This document shows positions 41,501 to 50,769 of a stretch of DNA of 64,000 bases, in pieces (position 1 is the stretch's first letter; the number at the start of each line of letters is the position of its first letter). The position numbers and the translations under genes are program-made. The notes below the pieces were generated by a model that was not told where the DNA came from, searched no databases, and saw only the letters and a program-made list of their open reading frames with translations. Origin of the DNA: Limnothrix sp. BL-A-16 (GTDB lineage Bacteria > Cyanobacteriota > Cyanobacteriia > CACIAM-69d); contig CP166615.1 of NCBI GenBank assembly GCA_041937175.2, forward strand, positions 1,024,001 to 1,088,000, in the 5' to 3' direction.

Positions 41501-43350
41501 AAAATATCCTGCACCGCATGGTTGATGTAGAGGGTGCGGTTCTGGGTCAGATCGTAGAGATAGACCATGTTGGGGTTCGCATCGGCCATTTTTTGCAGCA
41601 TGTGTTGACTGTGGGCCAGGTCGGTGGACTGTTCGGCGGCGCGGGTTGCTAATTCCGTGTTGAGGCGATCGATCGCGCGGTTCGCCCGCTGTCGTTCCAG
41701 CTCGGCCGCAGCCCGGGCCGCAAAAATTCGCAAAATGGTGATGTGGTTGGGATCTTCCGGCAAGGGCTGCGTATCCATCACAATTAAGGCCCCGATCGTT
41801 GTGCCTTGGGAGTCTTGGAGGGGCACGCCTGCATAGCTTTCGGCTCCCAGGTTGCGCAGGTTGGTTCCTTGGGGAAATTGGGACTGCAAATGTTGCCCAC
41901 AGGTGTAGGTTTGGCCGCCAAAAACGATGGCACAGGGGTGATGGGTCCAGTAATAGGCAAAGCTGGTTCCCCATTCCGTTTGATTCCACCAGGCCAACAC
42001 CTCCGCTTGGTTGCATCGATGATCCATGACGCTGGTGAGAAAGGCATAGCGAACGCCTAGGGATTCGGCCAACAGCCGCACGCAGTTCTCAAAAAAGGCT
42101 TTGCCGGTGCTGGTGGTGGCTTCGACCAAGGCCCGCAACATGGCTTCCCGGCGCTGGAGGTCGCTGATGTCTTGGAAGGCTAAGAACAAACAGGCTTGGC
42201 CGTCCAGCTCGATCGGGGCGGCAGACAGTTGCACCAATTTGCGCTGGCCGTTGAGATCGTGAATTGCGAGTTCCGGCGACTGGTAATAGCGACCGGTTTG
42301 GATGGTGGAGCGAATTTGTTGATAGTCCCGATCGCGCAAAAATCCCTGAAGTGACTGCACACCGAGGCCTTGCACTTCCGCTGGCAAATAGCCGGCCAAG
42401 CGTGTGAAGGCTTCATTGGCTTCCAAAATCAAACCTCCTCCATCCAAAATTAGGCCAGGAGAAGGATTAAGTCGAAAAACCGCCATCCAGCGTGATTCGG
42501 TCAGGCGCAAGGCTTGGGCAATGGACTGACTGACCCGATCGCGATCGGGATTGCGATAAACCAAGGGGTGATCGGTGGCGGCCAGGGTTGGCAGGGGCGA
42601 TCGGTTCCAGGGGCGATCAAGTGCAGGTTTAGTTAATCCAGGTTTAGTTAATCCAGGTTTAGTTAATCCAGGTTTAGTTAATCCAGGTTTTATGGATTCA
42701 GGGTCGATCGCCCCCCCAGACCCGATGAATTCAGCGGATTCCGACAGACTCAACTCAGGAACTTCCGCCGCCTGCGTTTCGGCGGCCTGCTCCAATCCTT
42801 CCAGCCGCAAGGCCACCGCCAACGACAGGGCCACCCCTTGCAATTCCCGCTGGGCCACAATCGGCAGGGGTGGCATCGGAGCCGATTGCACGGCCATCAG
42901 CCAACCCCAATGGCGTTGTTGGGGGGCAATGGGAATCGCCACAAAACATTGAATTTGCAAGGCCTTGAGATGTTGCGAGAGCAAGGGCGATCGCCGTTGA
43001 AGCGGCCCCGCCACCCCAATCACTGGCTCTAACACCGTGACGGGCAGCAGCGGAAACTGCAACGGCAACTCTCCACCCAAGCGGCTGTCCTCATCGGGGC
43101 GGCTGGATTCATAAACCACCTGTAATGCTTGGTTATGGATCCGCTGGGCAATCAACACCGCATCCACCCCCAACTGCAGCCGCAAATCGCTCAAGGCGGC
43201 TTGGGCAATGCGAGACCAGCGATCGCCCCGAGCCAACCGCTCCATCACTCGTTGGGCCAGATTTCCCGTTTCCGTTGCCCGCTGTCCGCGCGATCGCTCA
43301 ACGCTGTGGCCCATGTCCGGGCGATCGAGAAAGGTCTCACTCAGTGCCAT
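38590..43350 (-). CDS. Cytoplasmic multi-sensor histidine kinase (GAF, PAS, GAF, PAS, PAS, GAF, HisKA, HATPase)
   Basis: VHPDD / EYRM..GEWR PAS-PAC motifs, FLANLSHEIRTP, NLVGNAVKFT, DTGIG and GGTGLGL. Confidence 0.93.
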   Translation of the reverse strand: MALSETFLDRPDMGHSVERSRGQRATETGNLAQRVMERLARGDRWSRIAQAALSDLRLQLGVDAVLIAQRIHNQALQVVYESSRPDEDSRLGGELPLQFPLLPVTVLEPVIGVAGPLQRRSPLLSQHLKALQIQCFVAIPIAPQQRHWGWLMAVQSAPMPPLPIVAQRELQGVALSLAVALRLEGLEQAAETQAAEVPELSLSESAEFIGSGGAIDPESIKPGLTKPGLTKPGLTKPGLTKPALDRPWNRSPLPTLAATDHPLVYRNPDRDRVSQSIAQALRLTESRWMAVFRLNPSPGLILDGGGLILEANEAFTRLAGYLPAEVQGLGVQSLQGFLRDRDYQQIRSTIQTGRYYQSPELAIHDLNGQRKLVQLSAAPIELDGQACLFLAFQDISDLQRREAMLRALVEATTSTGKAFFENCVRLLAESLGVRYAFLTSVMDHRCNQAEVLAWWNQTEWGTSFAYYWTHHPCAIVFGGQTYTCGQHLQSQFPQGTNLRNLGAESYAGVPLQDSQGTTIGALIVMDTQPLPEDPNHITILRIFAARAAAELERQRANRAIDRLNTELATRAAEQSTDLAHSQHMLQKMADANPNMVYLYDLTQNRTLYINHAVQDILGYTPREIQAMTSAMVVRLVHPDDFERLAHHYETVLSCTDGEICEREYRMQRSDGEWRWLFERLTIFSRDRQGHPTQLLGNIADITPLKAVEGALRQLNEQLEQRVQERTAQLAESQRFVQQLADSTPNLLYLYNLLDQELVYVNQAVETLLGYSVPEIQRMAQGSFVDVLHPDDWLALLQYGRTCARTEVGQVLEREYRMRHANGEWRTLSSRETVFSLDEQGRPQLLLGTANDITDLKRLLEVLQRRSHRDRVLASLSQQFLNEDIGVALATTLSTVVSALHLSHAWFCSRPAAGQPWSLDGYWLRPTDQVACPLTPDPSTLLLPLDWLGDRLDRSEPILLPDSADRSNPLNAAINHWLAEQGMGSIGVLPIHYRSELVACFVLAMNQPAAWEPGSIKWAQQVGTLMAMAQSRATAEAALRQAKEAADLANRAKSEFLANLSHEIRTPMNSILGFCELLQREARDPKTRSWLQVMTQSGETLLALINDLLDLSKIEAGKLVLHWGPIRPRLVLREVAEMFTVAAQQKGIQVQVAVADCIPELITFDSVRLRQILVNLVGNAVKFTERGHVTISLQTIPSQAVPQTAHNIDRPVPTHQRPTHPPFVNPNFTGQPNPETLQEPTFNLLLTVTDTGIGIAPDQQARIFEAFIQSEGQCEREYGGTGLGLAIVKRLTAMLGGTIQVRSTLGQGSQFCLYFPAVPVVPTPIAGRSNPHPIAPNQPHHPETQEAWRGLENFEDWMPQAPWGSESKFAPEPEPTLATEPTGDRALAFKALNFELTPALAPESPAKLPPELPVKSPTERPINGPIPPHPPINSGADHSASLDMALKAALQQAAEQPPPPLAPTDLAASRAIAPIQPTDAAPNPLVVRSWLLVYEGSLRQTMTLRQMRGFVEQLAQWSAASGTEPWVAWANQGQGALDRLNTAQILKILDGLRTFADQQNPLTSDPADKGPASAIGNPIGPTDPKPH
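42624..42690. repeat. Perfect in-frame 15-bp tandem repeat encoding (KPGLT)n
   Basis: caggtttagttaatc x4 plus a partial unit. Confidence 0.92.
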
Positions 43351-43745
43351 AGCAAAAAACGAATCGCACCTCAGTTCGGGATAGGCGGAACCTTCTATTC
43401 TGCATTGGCACTAGGAGGCTGGGGTAATGGCAATCAAGCACTATTACCGCCCAAGAATCCTTCGAGGCTTCCCAATGGTTTGCCGAAACGCCCGGCCTTC
43501 CTCAGACACTTGCAAGCCAATGAACTGGCGAGCAAATTGCCCAGAAATACCGCCGAGAAATGTTTCTCGGAAAGATCGCCAAGGGTATCCCCCCAGGACA
43601 TTACTCAGGAATATTGCCAAGAAACAGGTCTGAGCAAGCCAGGATCCTCACACCAGGGATTGGCAATTGGCAAGCTGCATTTGAACTTAGGTTCTACTTC
43701 AATTGTGTCTTTTTTAAACTGTAATGACCTTAAATGATCAAATTG

Positions 43746-43781
43746 TGACGTGCGATCCCACGAAGGCGCGATCGCACGTCA
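43746..43781. other. Perfect 12-bp inverted repeat (stem-loop)
   Basis: TGACGTGCGATC-N12-GATCGCACGTCA. Confidence 0.6.
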
Positions 43782-44044
43782 TCGCTAATCAATATTTGTT
43801 GCTGTCTATCAATATCTGTTGATCATCTATCGATCGTCTACTGATCATTTTTTACTGATCATCGATTGATCTCTATCGATTGACCTCTATCGATTTTTGT
43901 CTATCAAAGCGTGAGTTTAAAATATAAAAAATGAGCTTAGATGTGAGTTTGGAAGCATAAATCAACAGCCATATCAAACCGCAAAGGGGGCGCACGGCCG
44001 CACGCCCCGATCCGAACTGTCAGAAATTACGGCAAAAGTCTAGC

Positions 44045-44212
44045 CTAAGCTTGACCGCAATTGCAGCCGGAATTGCCACAGCAAGCGCCGCCTTCATGGC
44101 CATTGGCGCAGGCTTCGCTGCAATAGTGTTTCCCGTCTTTTTGGATGGCGGTGGCCAAGTCCACGGTGCAGAGGCAGGGGCCGCAGTCGCATTTTTGAGT
44201 GGTCGTCGTCAT
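44045..44212 (-). CDS. smtA: Cyanobacterial metallothionein
   Basis: Hand translation MTTTTQKCDCGPCLCTVDLATAIQKDGKHYCSEACANGHEGGACCGNSGCNCGQA*; YCSEACA.GH signature; AGGAG RBS; not in the ORF track. Confidence 0.95.
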   Translation of the reverse strand: MTTTTQKCDCGPCLCTVDLATAIQKDGKHYCSEACANGHEGGACCGNSGCNCGQA

Positions 44213-44471
44213 GGGTTGCTCCTAGCAATCTCACTGAGCAGTGAGGCGAGTGGGTTAAAGATCCCTAAGATCCCCGATCGAGGATGGTGCGTCGCTGGGT
44301 CGTTGGTTGTTGTCCAAGGGGGAGTTCCCCGAGTTCTGGGCCCGGCGTGGGGTTCCAGAAATGACTCCAAGCCATGACCTGATCGCGATTGGCGTTTGAG
44401 GTGGGGATCTGAGTTGAGGTCGAAGTTGCGACCTACAGAGATCTGAGTTGATCTTAGGTCAGCCTTAGATG

Positions 44472-44531
44472 AATAGCTGAACGTTTGTTCAGATGTTGCT
44501 ACTTTAGCATGACTCTTCCCGCGACTGTCAA
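44472..44531 (-). promoter_or_regulatory. Putative smtA promoter with an SmtB/ArsR-type operator
   Basis: Minus strand TTGACA-N19-TAAAGT (TG-extended -10), followed by an inverted repeat that reads CTGAACGTTTGTTCAG on the plus strand and resembles the SmtB box. Confidence 0.7.
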
Positions 44532-44606
44532 GGGTCGATCGGGGAAAGGGAAATTTGCAGAGGACAGTGAAGCCTTAAGCTATGCCCCTAGGCAATTTTG
44601 ATCACC

Positions 44607-46391
44607 CTAGGCATCACTCAACTGCCAGCAACTGGCGATCGGCATTCGCCAACCCACCCCAAAGGCCCGATCGCTGACCTTGAGCACCGGGGGCGTTTGT
44701 CGCCGTTTAAATTCAGCCCGAGCCAACAGGTGCATCACCCGCCGCACGGTGGCCGAATCGTGACCAGCGGCCACCAAATCTGCGAGGGACTGCCGACGAT
44801 TCACCAGCCGATCGAGAATGTCATCCAAAATTTCGTAAGGGGGCAAGGAATCTTGATCCAATTGGCCGGGTCGCAGTTCGGCGCTGGGGGGCTTGTTCAA
44901 CACGTGGCTGGGCACAATTTCCGACCCTTGGGACACCAACTGCGCAAAGGCGGCCGCGCCCACTTGCCCCTGATTGAGCCAATGGCAGAGGGAATAGACG
45001 CGGGTTTTGGGCACATCGGCGATCGCGGCCAGGCCGCCGTTGGTGTCGCCATAGAGGGTGCAGTAGCCCACGGCCATTTCGGATTTGTTGCCTGTGGAAA
45101 TCAGTAAATAGCCAAATTTGTTGGCCAAAGCCATTAACAAATTGCCGCGAATGCGCGATTGCAAATTCTCTTCGGTCACGTCCGGTTGGGTTTGAGCAAA
45201 GGGTTCCGCGAGGGTTTGCTCAAAGGTGGCCATCAAGTCCCCGATCGGGAGTTTCAGGGTTGGGAAACCCAAATTTTCCGCCAGGGCCAGGGCATCGGCG
45301 ATCGAATGATCGGAACTGTAAGGGGAAGGCATCAGCACGCCCAGAACGTTTTCGGCCCCCAAGGCCGCCACGGCCAAGGCTCCAACCAAGGTGGAATCAA
45401 TCCCTCCACTGAGGCCCAGCACAATTTTGCGAAAGCCACATTTGCGGGCATAGTCCCGAATGCCCAACACGAGGGCTGACCACAGTTCCGCATCGGTGCT
45501 GGGAGCCAGGGGGGCTAACAATCCGGTTTGTTCTGGTAGGGGTTGTTCATCGGCCAACAGGGGCAAGCTTTGGGGCCAAGATCCTTCCTGGCCAGTGACC
45601 ACAAAATCGCGGGTTTCTGGATCGAATTCCGTGAGGATTAACCCGGTTTCAAAGCTGGCTCCCCGGGCCGCGATCGCCCCTGTGCGACTGATGACTAGGC
45701 TGGTGCCATCAAAAATCAGGTCATCATTGCTGCCCACCTGGTTAACGTAGGCGATCGGGAAACCATAATTCAAAACCGAATGTTGCAGCATTTCTTCGCG
45801 CAACCGAGGCTTCCCGATCGTGTAGGGCGAAGCGGACAGATTCACCACCCAATCCACATCACAGTCCACCAACTCCGCCAGGGGATCCACATCGTAGAAT
45901 TTGCGGCCCCAAAACTGATTGTTATTCCAAATATCCTCACAGATGGTTACGCCAATTTTGATGCCATCGAGCGTGAACCATTCCGCTTTTTTACCCGGTT
46001 CAAAATAGCGCCCCTCATCAAAAACGTCATAGGTGGGTAGCAGTCGCTTGCTAAACACATGCCGCAGGGCACAACTATCAATCAGCACTGCGCTATTAAA
46101 GAGACTTTTTCCACCTTCGGTTGCTAACAAATTGCCAATGATCGTTCCCGTCAGCACGGCCAGGTTAGGCGGCAGCTCACGGGCCAACTTGGTCAACTGT
46201 TGTTTTGTGGCTTCCAAAAAGCTGGGCCAAGCCAACAAATCGCGCGGTGGATATCCACAAAGGGCTAATTCTGGAACCACCAACAGCCGCGCACCTTGGC
46301 GACTGGCCTGCTGGGCGGCGTTAAGGATGGCACGGGCGTTTCCCGCCAAGTCTCCGACCACGAGGTTCAGTTGAGCGAGGGCAATTTTCAT
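44607..46391 (-). CDS. nadE: Glutamine-dependent NAD+ synthetase
   Basis: MKIALAQLN, PEL, ICED nitrilase domain; GLSGGIDS, TGNKSE and PPSAEL. Confidence 0.96.
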   Translation of the reverse strand: MKIALAQLNLVVGDLAGNARAILNAAQQASRQGARLLVVPELALCGYPPRDLLAWPSFLEATKQQLTKLARELPPNLAVLTGTIIGNLLATEGGKSLFNSAVLIDSCALRHVFSKRLLPTYDVFDEGRYFEPGKKAEWFTLDGIKIGVTICEDIWNNNQFWGRKFYDVDPLAELVDCDVDWVVNLSASPYTIGKPRLREEMLQHSVLNYGFPIAYVNQVGSNDDLIFDGTSLVISRTGAIAARGASFETGLILTEFDPETRDFVVTGQEGSWPQSLPLLADEQPLPEQTGLLAPLAPSTDAELWSALVLGIRDYARKCGFRKIVLGLSGGIDSTLVGALAVAALGAENVLGVLMPSPYSSDHSIADALALAENLGFPTLKLPIGDLMATFEQTLAEPFAQTQPDVTEENLQSRIRGNLLMALANKFGYLLISTGNKSEMAVGYCTLYGDTNGGLAAIADVPKTRVYSLCHWLNQGQVGAAAFAQLVSQGSEIVPSHVLNKPPSAELRPGQLDQDSLPPYEILDDILDRLVNRRQSLADLVAAGHDSATVRRVMHLLARAEFKRRQTPPVLKVSDRAFGVGWRMPIASCWQLSDA

Positions 46392-46688
46392 GGGGGGCAA
46401 GCGGGGGAGGAACGATCGGGATATCGACAAAACTACGAAATTATCGATATAGCCTATCGGCAAATTAGCGATCGCGTAATGGGAATTGATCTGTAATTTG
46501 TCGAGTCGATCGCCCCTTTCCTTGCAACCCCGGTGCTTTTGTTACGCCACCGTGGAGAAAAGGCTGAAATGTCTTTTCTGGAATCGTTAGCCGTTGATTA
46601 GCCCCAAAACATCAACCGTTTGATTGGATTTGATCGGGTTTGATCGAACTTGATCGGATTTAGTTCCGTTGAACCCATGCTCCAAGGC

Positions 46689-47288
46689 CTAGCTGGCTTG
46701 GGGTTGATAGGGGTGAGGATGAGGATATTGATGGTGATGTTGGCGCTGAAGTTGGGCCATGTGATGGAAGAGTTTCCAGCAATATTCTTCCGGCAGGCCG
46801 CAGGTGGTGGCTCCGCGCATCACGACGGTGAAATACCAATCATTGGGGGCCAGTTCGCGGGGCAATTTGTCCACAACCACGTAGGTGCGCACGTCGTGGT
46901 AGGTTTGGCCCTGGCTGGTGACGGCGATGGTTTCGCGACGGTAGCCGCCTCGGGGCACATCTTCGCGATCGTCCAGTTGGTCGCTTAAACGCCAGGGCAG
47001 GGCATAAAGAACCCCAAAAACGCGCGATCGGGCATCGGGAACCACATCCAACACGCCGCATTCTCGCCGGGGCGATCGCCAGTTGAACCCCAGTCGGTAG
47101 CCCTCCAGCATGGCCGTGCCCACCAGGTAAGGATAAGCCGGCTCTCCGAGGGTGCGCTGCAAATCCACGGGGCACATGCAGGAGCCATAGGCAAAGTACA
47201 AAAACGTGGGTTCAGCGGGAGAACCGTTGGTTGGCAAGGCTTGGAGGGCGGCCGGTTCAGCGATCGGGGCGGGGCGAGAGGGGTTCAT
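46689..47288 (-). CDS. Gamma-glutamylcyclotransferase family protein
   Basis: YFAYGSCM, VFGVLY and LDDRE. Confidence 0.88.
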   Translation of the reverse strand: MNPSRPAPIAEPAALQALPTNGSPAEPTFLYFAYGSCMCPVDLQRTLGEPAYPYLVGTAMLEGYRLGFNWRSPRRECGVLDVVPDARSRVFGVLYALPWRLSDQLDDREDVPRGGYRRETIAVTSQGQTYHDVRTYVVVDKLPRELAPNDWYFTVVMRGATTCGLPEEYCWKLFHHMAQLQRQHHHQYPHPHPYQPQAS

Positions 47289-47607
47289 CGGCAGACGGAG
47301 GTGGATGGGGAAACGTTGATCCGATTGTCACCGCTGGGGGCCGTTGGGTTACGGAGGATTAAGCATTCGATCGAACCCGAAGCGAAGGGGTCAGCAGCGA
47401 GCAAGATTGTGCCAGCATTGTGCTGGTTTGCATCCTAGCAAAACTGTTTACCGAAATACAACTAAAACTCGATCGAAAAACCGTAGATTCAACGGTAGAT
47501 TCAGATTACCCCATGGTCTAGTCGAACAACTTCGATTGTTTGCCTAGGGCCGGAATCCCCACGCCTTGAGGTTGGGGAGAATGTCAAGTTACCGAGTTCC
47601 GAAGCCC

Positions 47608-48804
47608 ATGCGATCGATTGCCGAGATCAACGACAAAATCCGGAGTGGCCAAGTCACCGTTTGGACGGCCGAAGAACTGAAAGCCCAAGTGGTCACAATC
47701 GGCATCCAGGCGGCGGCCGCGCGGGTAGATGTGGTGGTGACCGGAACCTTTGAACCCATGGAGGCTTCTGGGGCCTTTCTGAACCTGGGGCAGACGGATC
47801 CACCGATCAAAATTCGCCGTTGCTGGCTTGATGGTGTGCCAGCCTATGCGGGCTTTGGCGCGGTGGATTTATATTTGGGAGCCAGCCACCCGGTGGAATT
47901 TGCCGACGGGGAAGCACCCGACGAAGGCCGCGATCGGGGCGGTGGCCATGTGATTGAAAGTTTAATCGCGGGGCATTCGGTGCAACTGCGGGCGATCGGG
48001 CATGTGACCGACTGCTATCCCCGAGGCTCCTTTGAAACCTCGATCTCTCGCGACACGATCAACCAGTTTTATCTCTACAACCCCCGCAACCTCTACCAAA
48101 ACTTCATCGTGGGCGTGAATGGGGGCGATCGGCCGCTCAATACCTACTTGGGCCCCTTGCAACCCAACCTGGGCAATGCGGTCTATGTCAGCGGCGGGGC
48201 CCTGTCGCCCCTGCTGAACGATCCGGAACTGCGGCTGTTGGGCATTGGCAGCCGCATTTGGTTGGCCGGCAGCCAGGGCTACATTGCCTGGGAAGGAACT
48301 CAGCATTTTCCGCTGCAAAAACGTCTCCCGAACCAAACCCCGATCGGCCCGGCGGCCACCCTGGCTTTGGTGGGAGATGCTAAACAAATGCAGGCCCAAT
48401 GGGTGCGCGGTTGCTATTTCAAAGGCTACGGGCCGTCGCTAATGTTGGGGGTGGGCGTGCCGTTGCCGGTGGTGGATGAAGCGGTGGTGGCCCGGTGCGC
48501 CGTCAACGATGAAGAGATTGTGGCCCCGATCGTGGATTTTTCGATTCCCCGGCGAGTGCGGCCCACCTTTGGCTTGGTGAACTATGCCCAACTGAAGTCT
48601 GGCCGGATTGAAATCGATGGCAAACTTGTACGCACAGCGCCGCTCACCAGTTTGGCCCTGTCGCGCCAAGTGTCCGAGGCTTTGAAGTTGGAAATTCAAC
48701 AGGGGCGGTTTTTGCTGTCGGAAGCCGTGGCCCCGTTGCCGAGCGATCGCACCTTTATTCCACAGGATCGCTGGGGACAAATTGGGATGGAATCGGAACC
48801 TTAG
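47608..48804 (+). CDS. DUF39 homocysteine-biosynthesis (aspartate-semialdehyde sulfurtransferase-like) protein
   Basis: MRSIAEINDKI, VDVVVTGTFEPM, GGGHVIE, TDCYP, NPRN and GVGVPLP. Confidence 0.85.
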   Translation: MRSIAEINDKIRSGQVTVWTAEELKAQVVTIGIQAAAARVDVVVTGTFEPMEASGAFLNLGQTDPPIKIRRCWLDGVPAYAGFGAVDLYLGASHPVEFADGEAPDEGRDRGGGHVIESLIAGHSVQLRAIGHVTDCYPRGSFETSISRDTINQFYLYNPRNLYQNFIVGVNGGDRPLNTYLGPLQPNLGNAVYVSGGALSPLLNDPELRLLGIGSRIWLAGSQGYIAWEGTQHFPLQKRLPNQTPIGPAATLALVGDAKQMQAQWVRGCYFKGYGPSLMLGVGVPLPVVDEAVVARCAVNDEEIVAPIVDFSIPRRVRPTFGLVNYAQLKSGRIEIDGKLVRTAPLTSLALSRQVSEALKLEIQQGRFLLSEAVAPLPSDRTFIPQDRWGQIGMESEP

Positions 48805-49175
48805 GCGCGATCGAGCGTGTGGTGAGCCACCAAGGAGCGCAAAGCATCGCGATCGAACGGTTTGGTGATATATTCCGTGGCTCCCGCCAGTTGCCCTTGA
48901 ATGCGATCGAACGGGCGATCGTGGGAAGTCAACATAAGCACCGGTAGCGCAGCAAACTGGGGCAAGCTGCGCAAAATCCGGCACAGCTCCAGCCCATTCA
49001 GATTCGGCATCGACACATCCAACAGCAGCAGATCGATCGGCTGGTGGTAGATCATCGACAGCGCTTCCACCGGATCCGCCGTGGTCACCACGTTGTACAA
49101 ATCCTCTAACGTGCGGCGTACCAAGGTATGCACAATCAAGCTGTCGTCCACAGCCAGCACCGTGGGCTTCGTCAT
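48801..49175 (-). CDS. Single-domain response regulator (CheY-like)
   Basis: LAVDDS, LLLDVSMP, MLTS and YITKPF; alternative upstream starts possible. Confidence 0.9.
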   Translation of the reverse strand: MTKPTVLAVDDSLIVHTLVRRTLEDLYNVVTTADPVEALSMIYHQPIDLLLLDVSMPNLNGLELCRILRSLPQFAALPVLMLTSHDRPFDRIQGQLAGATEYITKPFDRDALRSLVAHHTLDRA

Positions 49176-49782
49176 GCTCGATCGAGCCACGGAAACGACA
49201 TCAGAGGAGCTGTTCATGACTGACCCCAGGATTGAGATGATCGATGCGGCAATTGATGGGGCAATTCCCAAACGCCTTGTGCCTCACCCCTCGCAGGTTG
49301 GTTTCAGGTCGCTGGTCGAATCAGCCTGCCCAATCCTGCAAAAAATAGCACTCTTGTTTGATTAATCCATCAATTGCTACCTTAGCTGCCTTATTAGATG
49401 ATTATTCCTAGATTCCTGATTTCTTTCACCCATGTGGCTAATCTCCCAAGGAGAAAGACAAGGACTTTCAAGACAATTTCAAGGCGATCGAGGGACTGAG
49501 ACTAACGCAGGGAACTAATTAAATTTTGGCATTTTCCGTTGCGCCCTGGTCAAAATTCTGTTCATAGGCATCAATTTTTGATGATTTGTCAAGGTTGATG
49601 GCTGGCGCGCGGATTGCAACCAAAGCGCGATCGGTTCTGATCTTGCCCGCTGCGTGGCTCAGGCCTCGACCCACAGCAAAAGTAGCGCCATTTGAAAATA
49701 AGGGGACTGGGTCTCTTGCGCTTGTTTGTGGAAAGGGCAGCGGCAATGATTTGGCCATTGCTAAAGGCCTTGCAGGGGAAAT

Positions 49783-49901
49783 AAAGCCAAAATTGCTACT
49801 CTGTACGCCCCAGAGATCGATGTAGACAAGGGGCTTAAGCCCCTTGTTCCTACGACAATTAATCTTCAGCCCGTGTTGAAAGATACTTCTCAGACATCCT
49901 C
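49783..49901. mobile_element. MITE, family A, left TIR lost or decayed
   Basis: Interior AAAGCCAAAATTGCTACTCTGTACG matches the 55136 copy; perfect palindrome at 49827-49846; right TIR CTTCTCAGACATCCTC. Confidence 0.8.
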
Positions 49902-50769
49902 TCAGTGGTCTTTTGAAGAAAAGATCAAAAAACATGAAGAAAATTTGAACATTGTCTTTACCAATAACTGCGGTTTATCCAAAATTCATTCAAAGTTCAT
50001 TCAATATTTATCTGGTATTGATTCAGCGTTTATTTAGTGTTCCTCTGGTGTTCATGAACCATTGCTGGACTGCTGATTGATGACTCATTAACGATTTGTC
50101 AACTATTCGTTATTAATCCACTAGTAATGAATGGGCGATCGGGGCATTGTTGACGGGTTATGTTGATGGGCCATTAATGATTGGGCAGGGCCTCGATCGT
50201 TCATGGGGCATCATCAGTTTATGGGGCATCAGCAAGACCCTATCAAGATTGAAAGTCATCAAGGCTGACGTTGAAATTTTGGGAGCACTGATGATTCCAA
50301 AGGCAAAGTTTCATCCTCTCAGGATTCTCTGAGGGGATGTAAAAGCAATTAGGGTGGTCAATTGCGATCGGGAAACAATTGTCGTGGGGTCAGGTTTTTG
50401 AACAATTATGAAGATCAAAAACTTAACCTGATGGGCTGAAGGAGTGATTGCGGTCAGTAATGAGAATAAATCCAATTTCTGAAAGCTCGAATGAGCGATC
50501 GCCCATTAAATCAAGACTTAGTGTCAAAATCAGCAAATTATCTAGCGAGAATCAAGGGAGAGCGTGTTTATTTAGGGGTCAGAGAGTATTTACATAAATT
50601 TATGATCAAAGGTTTACGTCTAATCTTTCGTGGATTTATCAATAAAACGCCACATTCACAGATCTAGTGAAAGATCCTGAGCTAAAATTGATAACAAATA
50701 CAGATTTTTTTAACAGTTTTAGAGAGAGATGCCGCAACCATCCTCCAGCAGCCAATTTTGGAAATTGTA

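Noticed and set aside
43984..44010. GC-rich hairpin after smtA resembling a REP
   Set aside because: Too degenerate to tell apart from an ordinary terminator.
44051..44377. 108-aa hydrophobic plus-strand ORF
   Set aside because: Antisense shadow of smtA, which has a clear signature and RBS.
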